Shown: positions 10,196-19,334 of the stretch, in pieces
How the letters are laid out: every line of letters begins with the position of its first letter
Position numbering within the stretch: the first letter of the stretch is position 1
Source: Thermoguttaceae bacterium
Lineage (GTDB): Bacteria; Planctomycetota; Planctomycetia; Pirellulales; Thermoguttaceae
Length of the DNA stretch: 64,000 nt
Assembly: GCA_051885615.1 (NCBI GenBank)
Contig: JBJEXI010000018.1
Coordinates: 73,513-137,512 of the forward strand
Reading direction: 5' to 3'
Notes under the pieces: model-generated
The model's database searches: none
What the model was told of the DNA's origin: nothing
Seen by the model: only the letters and a program-made list of their open reading frames with translations
Made by a program: the position numbers and the translations under genes

Positions 10196-11128
10196 TCAGA
10201 AGGTCAATTTTATAAGACCGTCTTTCGAAACAAAATAGTCCTTTACCCCGAGTTCCGCCGCCCAACAACGCGTGTCGCACGTTTTAAAAGGCCCCGTTCC
10301 ATCCCCTCCCCCCGCGTCGTTGCGCCAAAGCCAATCGGGAGTTGGCCAGAGCGTATACGTCGGCTTGACCGCTTCGTAAAAGCTACGACGCACGCCTTGT
10401 TGTCCGTGATGCGCCATTTGGCAAAAATCGCACGACAACTTGTCACGTTGAGCCTTTAAAAGGCGATCTCCGCCTTCGTATCCAAGATCGCCGAGTATTA
10501 AAATCGACTTGTCGCCGACGTCCAAACGATAGGTTATCGACGAATTATTGATGGCATTCTTTTTGATCGACAGGTCAAAATCGTTCAAACATTCTATCCG
10601 AAGCGAACCAAATTCAAAGACCTGGTTAGGCGCGGGCTTTTGGGCGGTTGGATACTTTGCGAGTCCTTCAAAGATCGCGTCGGTTTCTTTCTGGCAATAA
10701 CTTTCGTTTTCATTGATCCAATCTTGAGGAGGAAAGTTATAGTAGAGATTCTGAATCTTCACCGAATCAGGTCGATTGGTCAAAATTTCCACGAGAGCGT
10801 TGCAGTGATCGCTATGCGCATGCGTCAAAAACCAAGCGTCAACCTTACCGCCGCACTCCCCGTTGATAAGTTCAAGAAGCTCGTCCGCATTATGAGCCCA
10901 ACCGCCGTCAAAGACGATCGTATGTCCCTCGCAAGTCTTCAGAACATACCCCATCATCTGAGAGCCTGAGTCGTTAGAAAGTTGCCAAAGCGTCATCTTA
11001 GGTTCGTTCGGGTTTTGTGAAAAATTCCAGGTCTTTTTTGGCTCTTTCGCAAAGCAATCGTTAGATTGGGTTGCGTCGAACGCAAGTGGAACGGCTAAGC
11101 TAGAAAGGAGAAACGTCCTACGATCCAT
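10196..11128 (-). CDS. Secreted MBL-fold metallo-hydrolase
   Basis: 310 aa. N-terminal signal MDRRTFLLSSLAVPLAF, the metallo-beta-lactamase motif LTHAHSDH and a later MAHHG. Confidence 0.75.
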   Translation of the reverse strand: MDRRTFLLSSLAVPLAFDATQSNDCFAKEPKKTWNFSQNPNEPKMTLWQLSNDSGSQMMGYVLKTCEGHTIVFDGGWAHNADELLELINGECGGKVDAWFLTHAHSDHCNALVEILTNRPDSVKIQNLYYNFPPQDWINENESYCQKETDAIFEGLAKYPTAQKPAPNQVFEFGSLRIECLNDFDLSIKKNAINNSSITYRLDVGDKSILILGDLGYEGGDRLLKAQRDKLSCDFCQMAHHGQQGVRRSFYEAVKPTYTLWPTPDWLWRNDAGGGDGTGPFKTCDTRCWAAELGVKDYFVSKDGLIKLTF

Positions 11129-11212
11129 AACAAACCTCCTTTACGGAAAACAAAAGTAATGAAAACGAGCTATGCAATGAAGAAGTGGAGAATGATTATA
11201 ACATAAATCAGA

Positions 11213-13276
11213 CTAAGCAGGCGAATCCTCCGTTTTTTTACACTGCCAAAAAGGCGCAGGAATTCCTAAAGCCGCCGCAGTGGCGCTTATAAGAACCAAT
11301 TCGCGATCCGTGACAACTTCGTCGTAAAGAACGCAGCGCCAACACGCTTCCATCACGAGTTTCTTTAATTGAGGCGAGGACTTGGCAAGTTCGTTAAGCG
11401 ACTCGGTAAACGTGCGCAACGTAACCGATTCAGAAGGGGGGAACGCCGCAGAAATACCGAGCCCCGAACATCCCTTTTCAAACGCCAATTCAGCGTCCCC
11501 TTCTTTCAAAGCGCCCTGCGACGCTAAAGCAGCCAAGACGTTCACAAGACGATCTTCCACGCTTGACGCCGTATTGTATTTGACTTCCATCGGCGATAAA
11601 AGGCCGAAGAAAACGTCAAGTTCGCGAATCGCTAGACATTGCAACGTATATTCAAACACGTCGAGTCGTCTATCGACGCAGCACAAGAAAAAGGTTGCCT
11701 GGCGGAAAGAATCATATTCTCCGGGAGTCATCGTTTTAAGAAGAGGAATACAGATTCGAACAACCTGAAGACGAGTTGCGACGGAAAGCCCTTCAACAAG
11801 TGAAATTGCCTTTTCTAAAGATTCATTGTCTGAAGCGCTCGGATACCTTTTCTGGAGGCCCTCGCGTTGGATTGCCTTGATTCTAGAGTCCTTATCCAGG
11901 AGAACGGAAAACACAATCGCTCGAGCGTTCTCTAAAGAAGAAATAAACTCGTCTAGCGCGGGCAAAAGCGGAGTCGGTATTCGCGCTTCAAGGAGATTTT
12001 CACCGTCTTTTTCCAGCTTACATCCATCGCCATAAAGCTCCTGCGGCAAAGAACGACGCTCAGAGGAAGAGGAGGAAGCCGGAATAGAATCCGTGTTGGA
12101 AACGCTAGAAGCGTCGTTCTCGACTAAGGAGTTGTCTCCCGTTGCGCACGGGGAATCCGTCAGGAGAGCGATATCAGAAGCGTCGACGTTAGACGGCCTA
12201 ATGATCGTTTCATTTTCCGAAGAGGCGTCAAATGTTGGGAAGACGCCTTCAAAAGACGGATCAATCGCCTTAATACGCTTAATGAGAGGCGGGTGCGTGC
12301 GAAAGAGCGTATGCATGAAACCAGCTTTGAAAACAGGAGCAAAGAAAAAGTGCGCCGCCTGTTGCGCGCCTCTCCCGTCGACGGACGTTTCGACGCCGAC
12401 TCCTCCAATTTTTTTCAGCGCGTTCGCCAAACCTTCCGGATTACGCGTAAATTGCACGGCGGACGCGTCCGCTAAGTATTCGCGTTGACGCGTCACCGCC
12501 GCTCGCATCATATTGCCGAACAAAATGCCCGTCCAACCGATGCACACAAGGCTTACACCAATCCCTAGTATGAAAAGAAAAGTATAGAACTTCGCTTTGG
12601 AGTCGTCGTCTCCTGAAACAGAGAAAGCCGTTTGGATAGTATAGGTTCCCAAAATTACGATCAGTTCGATTCCAAACAAAATAGCGAGCAGACGCATATT
12701 TAGCTTCATATCACAGTGGTAAATATGGCTAAATTCGTGTGCGACAACCCCTTGAAGTTCGTCTCGTTTTAAACGCTTCAACGCGCCTTGCGTAACGCAA
12801 ATCGCGGCGTTCTCAGGAGAAAGACCAACCGCGCAAGCATTGATTCCGTCGACTCCTTTTATGACAAAAACGCGAGGGACGGGTACTCCGGACGCGATCG
12901 ACATTTCTTCAACGATGTTGTACAACCTCTGCTCTTGCGCATCAGTGGAATTACGAGGTACCGTAGTCGCATTGAGAGAGCTAAGAATCGTATTGTTTCC
13001 GCCTATCTTTACCTGAATGGACTTAAAGAGCATCCCTGAAAAAACAGTCAATACGACAAGCGTACAATCCGTCAGAAATAGGCTTGGGGAAGTTAGCTTT
13101 CTGAAGAAGAAATTTCGCATCCCAAACCCCATGTCGTCGGAGTAAAAGAGGATCGTAATAATCGAGGAGACTAAACCATGAACCAATACAATGGTAAGAA
13201 GAACGGACAACGTAAAAAGAATCGTAAGTCGAACAGAAAGGGAGCGCGCTCGATCTTGACTTTCAAAAAAGTCCAT
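11213..13276 (-). CDS. M48 family zinc metallopeptidase (HtpX-like) with a long C-terminal TerB-like extension
   Basis: 687 aa with N-terminal TM helices and the HExxH motif VAHEFSHIYH. It lies directly downstream of lemA, a common pairing. Confidence 0.8.
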   Translation of the reverse strand: MDFFESQDRARSLSVRLTILFTLSVLLTIVLVHGLVSSIITILFYSDDMGFGMRNFFFRKLTSPSLFLTDCTLVVLTVFSGMLFKSIQVKIGGNNTILSSLNATTVPRNSTDAQEQRLYNIVEEMSIASGVPVPRVFVIKGVDGINACAVGLSPENAAICVTQGALKRLKRDELQGVVAHEFSHIYHCDMKLNMRLLAILFGIELIVILGTYTIQTAFSVSGDDDSKAKFYTFLFILGIGVSLVCIGWTGILFGNMMRAAVTRQREYLADASAVQFTRNPEGLANALKKIGGVGVETSVDGRGAQQAAHFFFAPVFKAGFMHTLFRTHPPLIKRIKAIDPSFEGVFPTFDASSENETIIRPSNVDASDIALLTDSPCATGDNSLVENDASSVSNTDSIPASSSSSERRSLPQELYGDGCKLEKDGENLLEARIPTPLLPALDEFISSLENARAIVFSVLLDKDSRIKAIQREGLQKRYPSASDNESLEKAISLVEGLSVATRLQVVRICIPLLKTMTPGEYDSFRQATFFLCCVDRRLDVFEYTLQCLAIRELDVFFGLLSPMEVKYNTASSVEDRLVNVLAALASQGALKEGDAELAFEKGCSGLGISAAFPPSESVTLRTFTESLNELAKSSPQLKKLVMEACWRCVLYDEVVTDRELVLISATAAALGIPAPFWQCKKTEDSPA

Positions 13277-13329
13277 GGCGACAAACCTTGAAGAAGGGAA
13301 AATTCAAAAGAATAAAACTGAGGCGAAGC

Positions 13330-13923
13330 TCAAAACTTAACCTTCGGCGCTTCGCGTTCGAGCGGGTCGGCTATTTCAAAAAGCGCCGCTGGAAGGAACC
13401 CGAAGAGGCCGGCCAAAATATTATTCGGAAACGTCTCTCGACGGGTATTGTAAGCTGTTACGCAGTCGTTGTAAAACTGACGAGCAAAGCCAACCTTGTT
13501 CTCTGTAGACGTCAATTCTTCCTGGAGCGCCAACATATTCTGATTTGACTTAAGCTCGGGATACGACTCCGACAACCCCCAAAAACCGTGCAACGCGCCG
13601 CGCAACGATCCTTCGGCGACGGCGACGCGCGACATAGCGCCTTGATCGCCAGGATTCGCCAACGCCTCCTTATTAGCGGCCATCGCCCCTGATCTAGCCC
13701 GAATAACGGCTTCCAAGGTTTCCGACTCATGTTTCATGAAGGATTTTGCCGTCTCGACAAGATTGGGAATGAGGTCGTATCGACGCTTCAGTTGAACGTC
13801 GATCTGAGCATAAGCGTTCTTGTAACGCTGTCTTAGTTTCACGAGACCGTTATAAACGCTCGCCATCCATAAAACGATCAAAAGTCCAAACGCCGCTAAG
13901 GCGATCAAAATTACAGGAGTCAT
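13330..13923 (-). CDS. lemA: LemA family protein
   Basis: 197 aa. It has an N-terminal TM helix and the conserved LemA core (YNGLVKLRQRYKNAYAQIDVQLKRRYDLIPNLVETAK ... FYNDCVTAYNTRRETFP). Confidence 0.9.
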   Translation of the reverse strand: MTPVILIALAAFGLLIVLWMASVYNGLVKLRQRYKNAYAQIDVQLKRRYDLIPNLVETAKSFMKHESETLEAVIRARSGAMAANKEALANPGDQGAMSRVAVAEGSLRGALHGFWGLSESYPELKSNQNMLALQEELTSTENKVGFARQFYNDCVTAYNTRRETFPNNILAGLFGFLPAALFEIADPLEREAPKVKF

Positions 13924-14124
13924 AGAAAGCAGTCCTAATCCATCTTAAAGTTTTTCGCGGACAATTTCAGAGGTTCGTCAAAAGACGCAACAGCAACTTC
14001 ATTCTAATATAATCTTAATCCAGAAACAAGAGAAAACTACCATCCTTGACAGATCAAAGAACGCCGATAACGTATGGATCGGCGTCGAGTTCTCCCTCGC
14101 GCGGACGCGGCGTCGACTATTTGA

Positions 14125-14335
14125 GAACGCAGGCGGCCTTATTCAGCGTCTCTGAATTATCGAGCGTTTGAAAGCGTAGGCATAACAGGGAATCCGGTGG
14201 AAAGTCCGGAACGGTCCTCGCCGCTGTATACGTCGCTAGGAATGATAGTTCATTCAGAGAACGTCACAAAGCCATTGACTTCCAGTCGAGAAGGCGACGT
14301 TTTTCTACGTAAGTCAGAAGACCTTCCTGCGTTTT
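14125..14335 (+). promoter_or_regulatory. Cobalamin (B12) riboswitch
   Basis: The closing helix AACGCAGG (14126-14133) pairs perfectly with CCTGCGTT (14326-14333). The conserved core is AACAGGGAAUCCGGUGGAAAGUCCGGAACGGUCCUCGCCGCUGUA (14184-14228), followed by GCCAUUG...GAAGGCG (14271-14296). The B12 box is AAGUCAGAAGACCUUCCUGCG (14311-14331). A perfect TTGACA hexamer sits upstream at 14046-14051. The element ends about 120 nt before the ATG at 14457. Confidence 0.88.
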
Positions 14336-14456
14336 GCGGTATCTTCGGAAATTCCGCGCGCCGACGCTAACGCGATGGACGAAAGCGTCGTTCGGGGATC
14401 GGCCCCTCGCTCAAATCGTCGTTCCGTTTCCTATTTTTTAAGGAGAACGCGATTCG

Positions 14457-15395
14457 ATGAAAAAAATCAATCTATCTTCCCTTAGGAGAGCGTTTACGCT
14501 TGTAGAGTTACTAGTTGTCATCGCCGTTATTGGCGTCCTCATCGGCCTATTATTGCCCGCCGTACAGGCGGCGCGAGAAACGGCCAGACGCATGACGTGC
14601 ATGAATAACGTCCGGCAAATCGGTTTGGCTTTTCATCTGTACCATGACGTTCTGGGAACCTTTCCTCCCGGCGCCCTTACGTCGAATGGAGCTAACGCCA
14701 GTTTTGGCTGGGGAGCGCTAATTCTCCCTTATCTCGAACAAGCCAATGTCAAAGACTTAGTGGATTTCAATCAACGCGTCTATGATGAAGTCAACCAAAA
14801 GGCTGGACAAACGCGTCTTCCATTTTACCTCTGCCCGTCTGATTCCGATAACGAGATTCGGGACGTCGACTATTATAACCCGGATAAGGGATGGGCGCTG
14901 GAAAAGCTCAAATTATCCCCTTCTCATTACGCCGGAATCATTACTGAAAAAATTTCGGCCTTTGGGTCGGAAACGACGGATGGTTGGACGCTTAAAAACG
15001 ACGAACTTGGGTGTTTGATTATATCTCGCGCCATACGTATCCAAGACGTCCTTGACGGAGCTTCAAATACAGTCATGGTCATGGAGACCTCGTCTTATGA
15101 AAATACAAGTTCCAAAGTTTACGACAATGGAAGTTGGATCATCGGAACCAATATTTTTCGTAAAACGACGGCGCCAATCAATTACAAGCCGAGATGCGAG
15201 CATTTTCAGTCGGGTAATCTCGTCTGGAGTTGCTCAGAGTGCAGCGCGTATCAGTATGAAGCGCGAAGTCGACACCCTTCGGGATTAAACACGCTTTTTG
15301 TCGACGGATCAGGCCGTTTCGTCTCTGAAAATACCGACCTTACGATTCTAGCGGCGACGATTACGCGCGCTCGCGGCGAGACAAATACTTTGTAA
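14457..15395 (+). CDS. DUF1559 domain protein with a prepilin-type N-terminal cleavage/methylation motif (pseudopilin-like, H-X9-DG family)
   Basis: 312 aa. The N-terminus RRAFTLVELLVVIAVIGVLIGLLLPAVQAARE is typical. The C-terminal SRHPSGLNTLFVDGSGRF is the H-X9-DG signature. AAGGAG lies upstream of the ATG. Confidence 0.92.
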   Translation: MKKINLSSLRRAFTLVELLVVIAVIGVLIGLLLPAVQAARETARRMTCMNNVRQIGLAFHLYHDVLGTFPPGALTSNGANASFGWGALILPYLEQANVKDLVDFNQRVYDEVNQKAGQTRLPFYLCPSDSDNEIRDVDYYNPDKGWALEKLKLSPSHYAGIITEKISAFGSETTDGWTLKNDELGCLIISRAIRIQDVLDGASNTVMVMETSSYENTSSKVYDNGSWIIGTNIFRKTTAPINYKPRCEHFQSGNLVWSCSECSAYQYEARSRHPSGLNTLFVDGSGRFVSENTDLTILAATITRARGETNTL

Positions 15396-15448
15396 CCGCC
15401 AACGACTCAAAATGTCGACGAGACAAAAAAATTTTTTAATTTTCTTAG

Positions 15449-15482
15449 AAACCTCGGGAATACTACAGAGGTTTAACTTTTT
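15449..15482 (+). terminator. Possible intrinsic terminator after the DUF1559 gene
   Basis: AAACCTC (15449-15455) pairs with GAGGTTT (15468-15474). The loop is 12 nt, followed by AAC and then TTTTT. Confidence 0.4.
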
Positions 15483-15634
15483 GATAGCTCAATGAAAAAC
15501 ATGCGACACAACCGTTTTTAGAGTCTATCCAACACCCTCCAATCGACTAAAACGAAGGGAACGCATCAAACAACGGCAGACGAAAGGTTCTTCGAAAATC
15601 CTTTCATTCTGCCTCGCTTAGAGAGGAAAGTATT

Positions 15635-17152
15635 ATGAAAAAGATCCTATCAATCGCCGCTACGATTACGGCAGCCGCCGCCTCCATCGCTATCGCGCAA
15701 CAACAAGACAAAGCGCCTGCCCAACCTACCCTTGGACGAATTCTTGTGAACGCCCGTGCGGAAAATGGTCAGTATGACCTGTCCAAAATTCTCAACAACG
15801 ATCGTATTCCGGAAGAAACCCGAAAGTTCATCCAAGAAGCCGATAAGGACAAAGACGGATTCCTCAATCGTGAAGAAGCGGCGACTCTGCGCGCCGCAAA
15901 CGCTCCCGGCGGCAATTTCCCCGGCGGTCCTCAGGGTTTTGGCGGGCCCCAGGGTGGATTTGGCGGGCCTCGCACCCCCTTCGGTGAAGCTTTTGCCGAT
16001 GGAAAGTTAGATCTTTCCAAGTTGCCCGAGAATCTTCCGGAAGAAGTGAAAACACGCTTCACTTCCGCTGATAAAGATGGAGACGGCTTCCTCACGGTTG
16101 AAGAAATGCAAGCCATGCCGCGTCCTAAGTTCCAGTTCTCCGAAGGTCAAAAACCTGATTTCATCAACGACGACAACGCTATCGTCATTGAAAAGCTCCT
16201 CGTCGCTATCAAAAAGGCCGACACGAACGAAGACGGGCTCATCGACACGGACGAACTCAAAACCGCTGCGGAATCGATTCGTGAAAATTCCCCTGAAACG
16301 CCTCGTTTCATCAACAATCTCTTCAACAGCGCTCAACCCGGCATGTTCGGCATGGGTATGGGTATGATGGGGATGGGACCGCGTCCCGATCAAGGCGGAC
16401 CGAACGCCGAAGGTCAGCCCGGCCCAGGCCGTCCCAATGCTCGTCAGCAAGGCGACGCTCGTCAACAAGGTAATCGTCAGCAAGGCGACGCTCGTCAACA
16501 AGGTAATCGTCAGCAAGGCGACGCTCGTCAACCAAGTAATCGTCAGCAGCGCGACGCACGTCAGCAGGGTAATCGTCAGCAGGGCGGTCCTCAGGGCGGA
16601 CCGCAAGGAGCTCCCCGTATGGGAATGGGATTTGGCGGCCCTGAATTAGCTGCGGCAATGACCAATGGCAAGCTCCGCCTTTCCAAGCTCCCCAAAACGA
16701 TTTCCGACGAACGCAAAGCGGCTTTCAAGGCGGCGGACAAAAATAAGGACGGATACCTGACGATGGAAGAATTCCAGGCAATGCCTGAACCCAAATTCGA
16801 ATTCGAAGAGAACAAACGACCTGCTTTCGTCGACGAAAACAATGCGTTTGTTTGCAATAAGCTCGAAGAAGCTCTTAAAGCTGCCGACAAAAATACCGAC
16901 GGAGTCATCGACGACGCGGAAATCCAAGATTTCGTCAAAGAAGTCCGCGAAGCGTCCCCCAGCTTCCAGTTCTTCATGATGCGTTCCTTCGGAGGTTTCG
17001 GACGAATGGGCGCCGGGCCGATGGGACAGCCTGGAATGGGTCAACCCGGAATGGGCGGTCCTGGTTTCGGCGGCCCTCAAGGCGGTCCCCAGGGCGAACA
17101 AGGCCAGCGTACGCGTGGCGCTCGTCAGGGCAACCGCGCCTCTCAGGAATGA
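15635..17152 (+). CDS. Secreted EF-hand calcium-binding repeat protein with Q/G/R low-complexity linkers
   Basis: 505 aa with signal peptide MKKILSIAATITAAAASIAIAQQ. Five EF-hand-like loops are visible: DKDKDGFLNREE, DKDGDGFLTVEE, DTNEDGLIDTDE, DKNKDGYLTMEE and DKNTDGVIDDAE. The N- and C-halves are internally duplicated. Confidence 0.85.
   Translation: MKKILSIAATITAAAASIAIAQQQDKAPAQPTLGRILVNARAENGQYDLSKILNNDRIPEETRKFIQEADKDKDGFLNREEAATLRAANAPGGNFPGGPQGFGGPQGGFGGPRTPFGEAFADGKLDLSKLPENLPEEVKTRFTSADKDGDGFLTVEEMQAMPRPKFQFSEGQKPDFINDDNAIVIEKLLVAIKKADTNEDGLIDTDELKTAAESIRENSPETPRFINNLFNSAQPGMFGMGMGMMGMGPRPDQGGPNAEGQPGPGRPNARQQGDARQQGNRQQGDARQQGNRQQGDARQPSNRQQRDARQQGNRQQGGPQGGPQGAPRMGMGFGGPELAAAMTNGKLRLSKLPKTISDERKAAFKAADKNKDGYLTMEEFQAMPEPKFEFEENKRPAFVDENNAFVCNKLEEALKAADKNTDGVIDDAEIQDFVKEVREASPSFQFFMMRSFGGFGRMGAGPMGQPGMGQPGMGGPGFGGPQGGPQGEQGQRTRGARQGNRASQE
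16442..16587 (+). repeat. 33-bp in-frame tandem repeat (about 4.4 copies) inside the EF-hand gene
   Basis: Units of CGTCAGCAAGGCGACGCTCGTCAACAAGGTAAT lie at 16442, 16475, 16508 and 16541, with a partial unit at 16574. They encode (RQQGDARQQGN)n, and the later copies are diverged. Confidence 0.9.
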
Positions 17153-17217
17153 GTGCGACTCTCGCGCCTCGAAAAGATAACAAACCAGGATAGCTGATAG
17201 AATTGCGTTCTGTTCCA

Positions 17218-17254
17218 TTAAAAAGGCTCCGTCTTAATTGACGAAGCCTTTTTC
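17218..17254. terminator. Bidirectional terminator between convergent genes
   Basis: AGGCTCCGTC (17224-17233) pairs with GACGAAGCCT (17240-17249) with one mismatch. It is flanked by an A-run upstream and a T-run downstream, and lies between the EF-hand gene (+) and the 602-aa gene (-). Confidence 0.6.
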
Positions 17255-17297
17255 TATTAAATAATTCCGCAGGGCTGGAACAGAATACCGGCGCGAC

Positions 17298-19106
17298 TCA
17301 TTTGGTATCTCCGCCAGTCCACTCGTTGGGAATGAAGCCAAGACGTTTCGCCACGAAGATCGAATCGGGGGTTATCAGTCTTTGCCAAGCCTTATTTCTG
17401 GGAGACCATCGAAATCCACATTCGCGCAACTTCATACGAATCTCATCGTCTGGTTTGGATTCAAAGATAATTTGCAAACGATTCAATTCGTAATTGAGCT
17501 TCGCCCTTCCCCCTTCAAAGGGCCAACTATTGTCCTCGTCTGTCGGTTTTATTTGCGTCAAGAATCCGAGCCGACGCTCTACCCGTTTAATCTCGGCTAA
17601 GCTAGAAGATAAATCAAAATAATTGGAGAGCGCGTTAGGATCCTGCGGAATCACGTCTTTCAAAACGCCGTCGTATCCGTCCCACGATCCGTGTTTACGT
17701 CGATAGCTATTCGCCTCTTTCATCGCCGCATGCTTCTCTTTAAGTTCAATCAATCGCGCTTGAAGCTTCGAGAAATCATTCGACTCTTCCATCGTCGTCG
17801 GAGAAGTCGGCGGCTTTGAGGAAGTCTTCTGCGTCGGCGCAGGGACAGGTTCCGTTTGCGTTAGATTATGAGGAATCGTCTTTGCCGCAACGCCGATCCC
17901 CACCTTCCCGATTTCATGCGCTAAATCGTCAATTTTTTCATGTTCTCGAAAAAGTTCGCTCGCGCGTTTTACTTTCGCGGCATGCTTTTCGCGCGGCACG
18001 GCTTTTGGTCCGACAAGTCGCGCGGAAGGACAAGACGCCGCGTTCTTATGATAATTGTCGTACCAAATGGCGAGCTGACGTTCATATTCTTCTAGCAAAA
18101 GATCGATCGCCTCGTGATATTCGCTCCCCACCTTCTCCTTTTGCCGAGCCGCCGTCGCGCGCGCGGTGTTGACGGATGCGCGATACTCGCGCGTCGCCGT
18201 ATTCGGAACATATTCTCGAAAAGAATTCGACTCCTGCGCCTGACGCGCCAACCTTTCGTCAATTAGATAGAATCCGCTTTGAGGATCGCGCTCGATAACT
18301 CTTTCTTCATTCGCCTTCGAATCTTTTGAGTTGGAATCCGCGTCCTCCAACGCGCTAGAAGCTTGCGTTCCTTGATCTTCAGTGGTTTTAGGGGACGTTT
18401 TGACCGGCGTTCCCTCGACCATCGACTTTGACTTCTCGGCATTCTTAGACGCCTTTGCTTCGAGAAGTCTTTTCTTTTCGTCCCTCTTCCTAATCGCCTG
18501 ATAGCAATCGTAAACGAAATCTATCAGACGATTGCAAAGCGTTTCCACCTCAGACGACTCGCTAAAGGAATAGTCGTCAAGAGCGGAGATATATTCGCTC
18601 AATTGAAACGCTATTTCACGACTATCTTCGCTTACGATATAATCGATCAACTCGTTTAACTTAGCGTCTCCACGCTTGTCGGTCGAGATCACTTGGGCCA
18701 TATTGATAGCAAAGTTCGCAAGTCGATCGCTCTTTAGCATGGGCTTCTTATCAAAAAGCCAAGCGTTGACGAGCTCGCGACGTTTTTCCGGCGTCGCTTG
18801 AAGCCAATCTCGATCAAACGAGCGGCGAGCGTACGCTTCAAAAACCTCTTTATCTGAAATATAACCGTCGATTTTACGAAGACAACGTCTAATGAGAGGC
18901 CATTTTGATTCACGAAGAGCTCGACCGTCCGGTGAATTATCCAACGTGAGAAAGATGGACGTCGCGTTATACAATTCTTGATCGAGCGTATAATCGGAAC
19001 CCGGCAGATCCTCAATTGATCGCAAATAAGATACAATACCGTCTAAACGCGCAAATAAATCATTCCAATCCCGCTTGTCGCTCGAACGTTCATCGGAACA
19101 TGTCAT
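17298..19106 (-). CDS. Hypothetical protein with a DUF3560-like C-terminal module
   Basis: 602 aa with an ATG start. The C-terminus LNRLQIIFESKPDDEIRMKLRECGFRWSPRNKAWQRLITPDS resembles the '...KP...LK..GF(R/K)WS....W.R' end of DUF3560, from my recollection of that family. The preceding helical region KLQARLIELKEKHAAMKEANSYRR also resembles it. I do not recognise the N-terminal 250 aa. Confidence 0.5.
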   Translation of the reverse strand: MTCSDERSSDKRDWNDLFARLDGIVSYLRSIEDLPGSDYTLDQELYNATSIFLTLDNSPDGRALRESKWPLIRRCLRKIDGYISDKEVFEAYARRSFDRDWLQATPEKRRELVNAWLFDKKPMLKSDRLANFAINMAQVISTDKRGDAKLNELIDYIVSEDSREIAFQLSEYISALDDYSFSESSEVETLCNRLIDFVYDCYQAIRKRDEKKRLLEAKASKNAEKSKSMVEGTPVKTSPKTTEDQGTQASSALEDADSNSKDSKANEERVIERDPQSGFYLIDERLARQAQESNSFREYVPNTATREYRASVNTARATAARQKEKVGSEYHEAIDLLLEEYERQLAIWYDNYHKNAASCPSARLVGPKAVPREKHAAKVKRASELFREHEKIDDLAHEIGKVGIGVAAKTIPHNLTQTEPVPAPTQKTSSKPPTSPTTMEESNDFSKLQARLIELKEKHAAMKEANSYRRKHGSWDGYDGVLKDVIPQDPNALSNYFDLSSSLAEIKRVERRLGFLTQIKPTDEDNSWPFEGGRAKLNYELNRLQIIFESKPDDEIRMKLRECGFRWSPRNKAWQRLITPDSIFVAKRLGFIPNEWTGGDTK

Positions 19107-19239
19107 CGTCTTCCTCGCGTAAAAATAAACGAAACGTTAGCGCCGTCGGATATTCCGCGGTCATTTTTAAGTGTAAACGGAGGAAAAAGCGCGGTCAAGA
19201 AGCGACGAGAAAGGAACGTTAAAAAGATAAGGCAAAGAT

Positions 19240-19294
19240 AAAAAAGAGAGCTGAACAAACTTGCGTTCCCAACTAACGCGTCCTTTGTTCAGCT
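19240..19294 (-). terminator. Intrinsic terminator downstream of the DUF11 lipoprotein gene
   Basis: An 11-bp stem, AGCTGAACAAA (19249-19259) with TTTGTTCAGCT (19284-19294). On the minus strand it is followed by CTCTTTTTT. Confidence 0.55.
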
Positions 19295-19334
19295 TCTTCG
19301 TTATCTTACTCAAATCAACCAAGAGACAATTCGA

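Noticed and set aside
16442-16587. Regular 33-bp repeats, which could have been a small CRISPR array
   Set aside because: The units are directly contiguous with no spacers. They are in frame within a CDS and diverge gradually. This is a coding tandem repeat, not a CRISPR array.
16007-16977. Minus-strand ORFs overlapping the EF-hand gene (16007..16606, 16323..16658, 16591..16977)
   Set aside because: They run through the in-frame repeat and G/Q-rich region. Their translations are repeat artefacts (…LLTITLLTSVALLTITLLTSVA…). The plus-strand gene has a signal peptide, EF-hand loops and an RBS.
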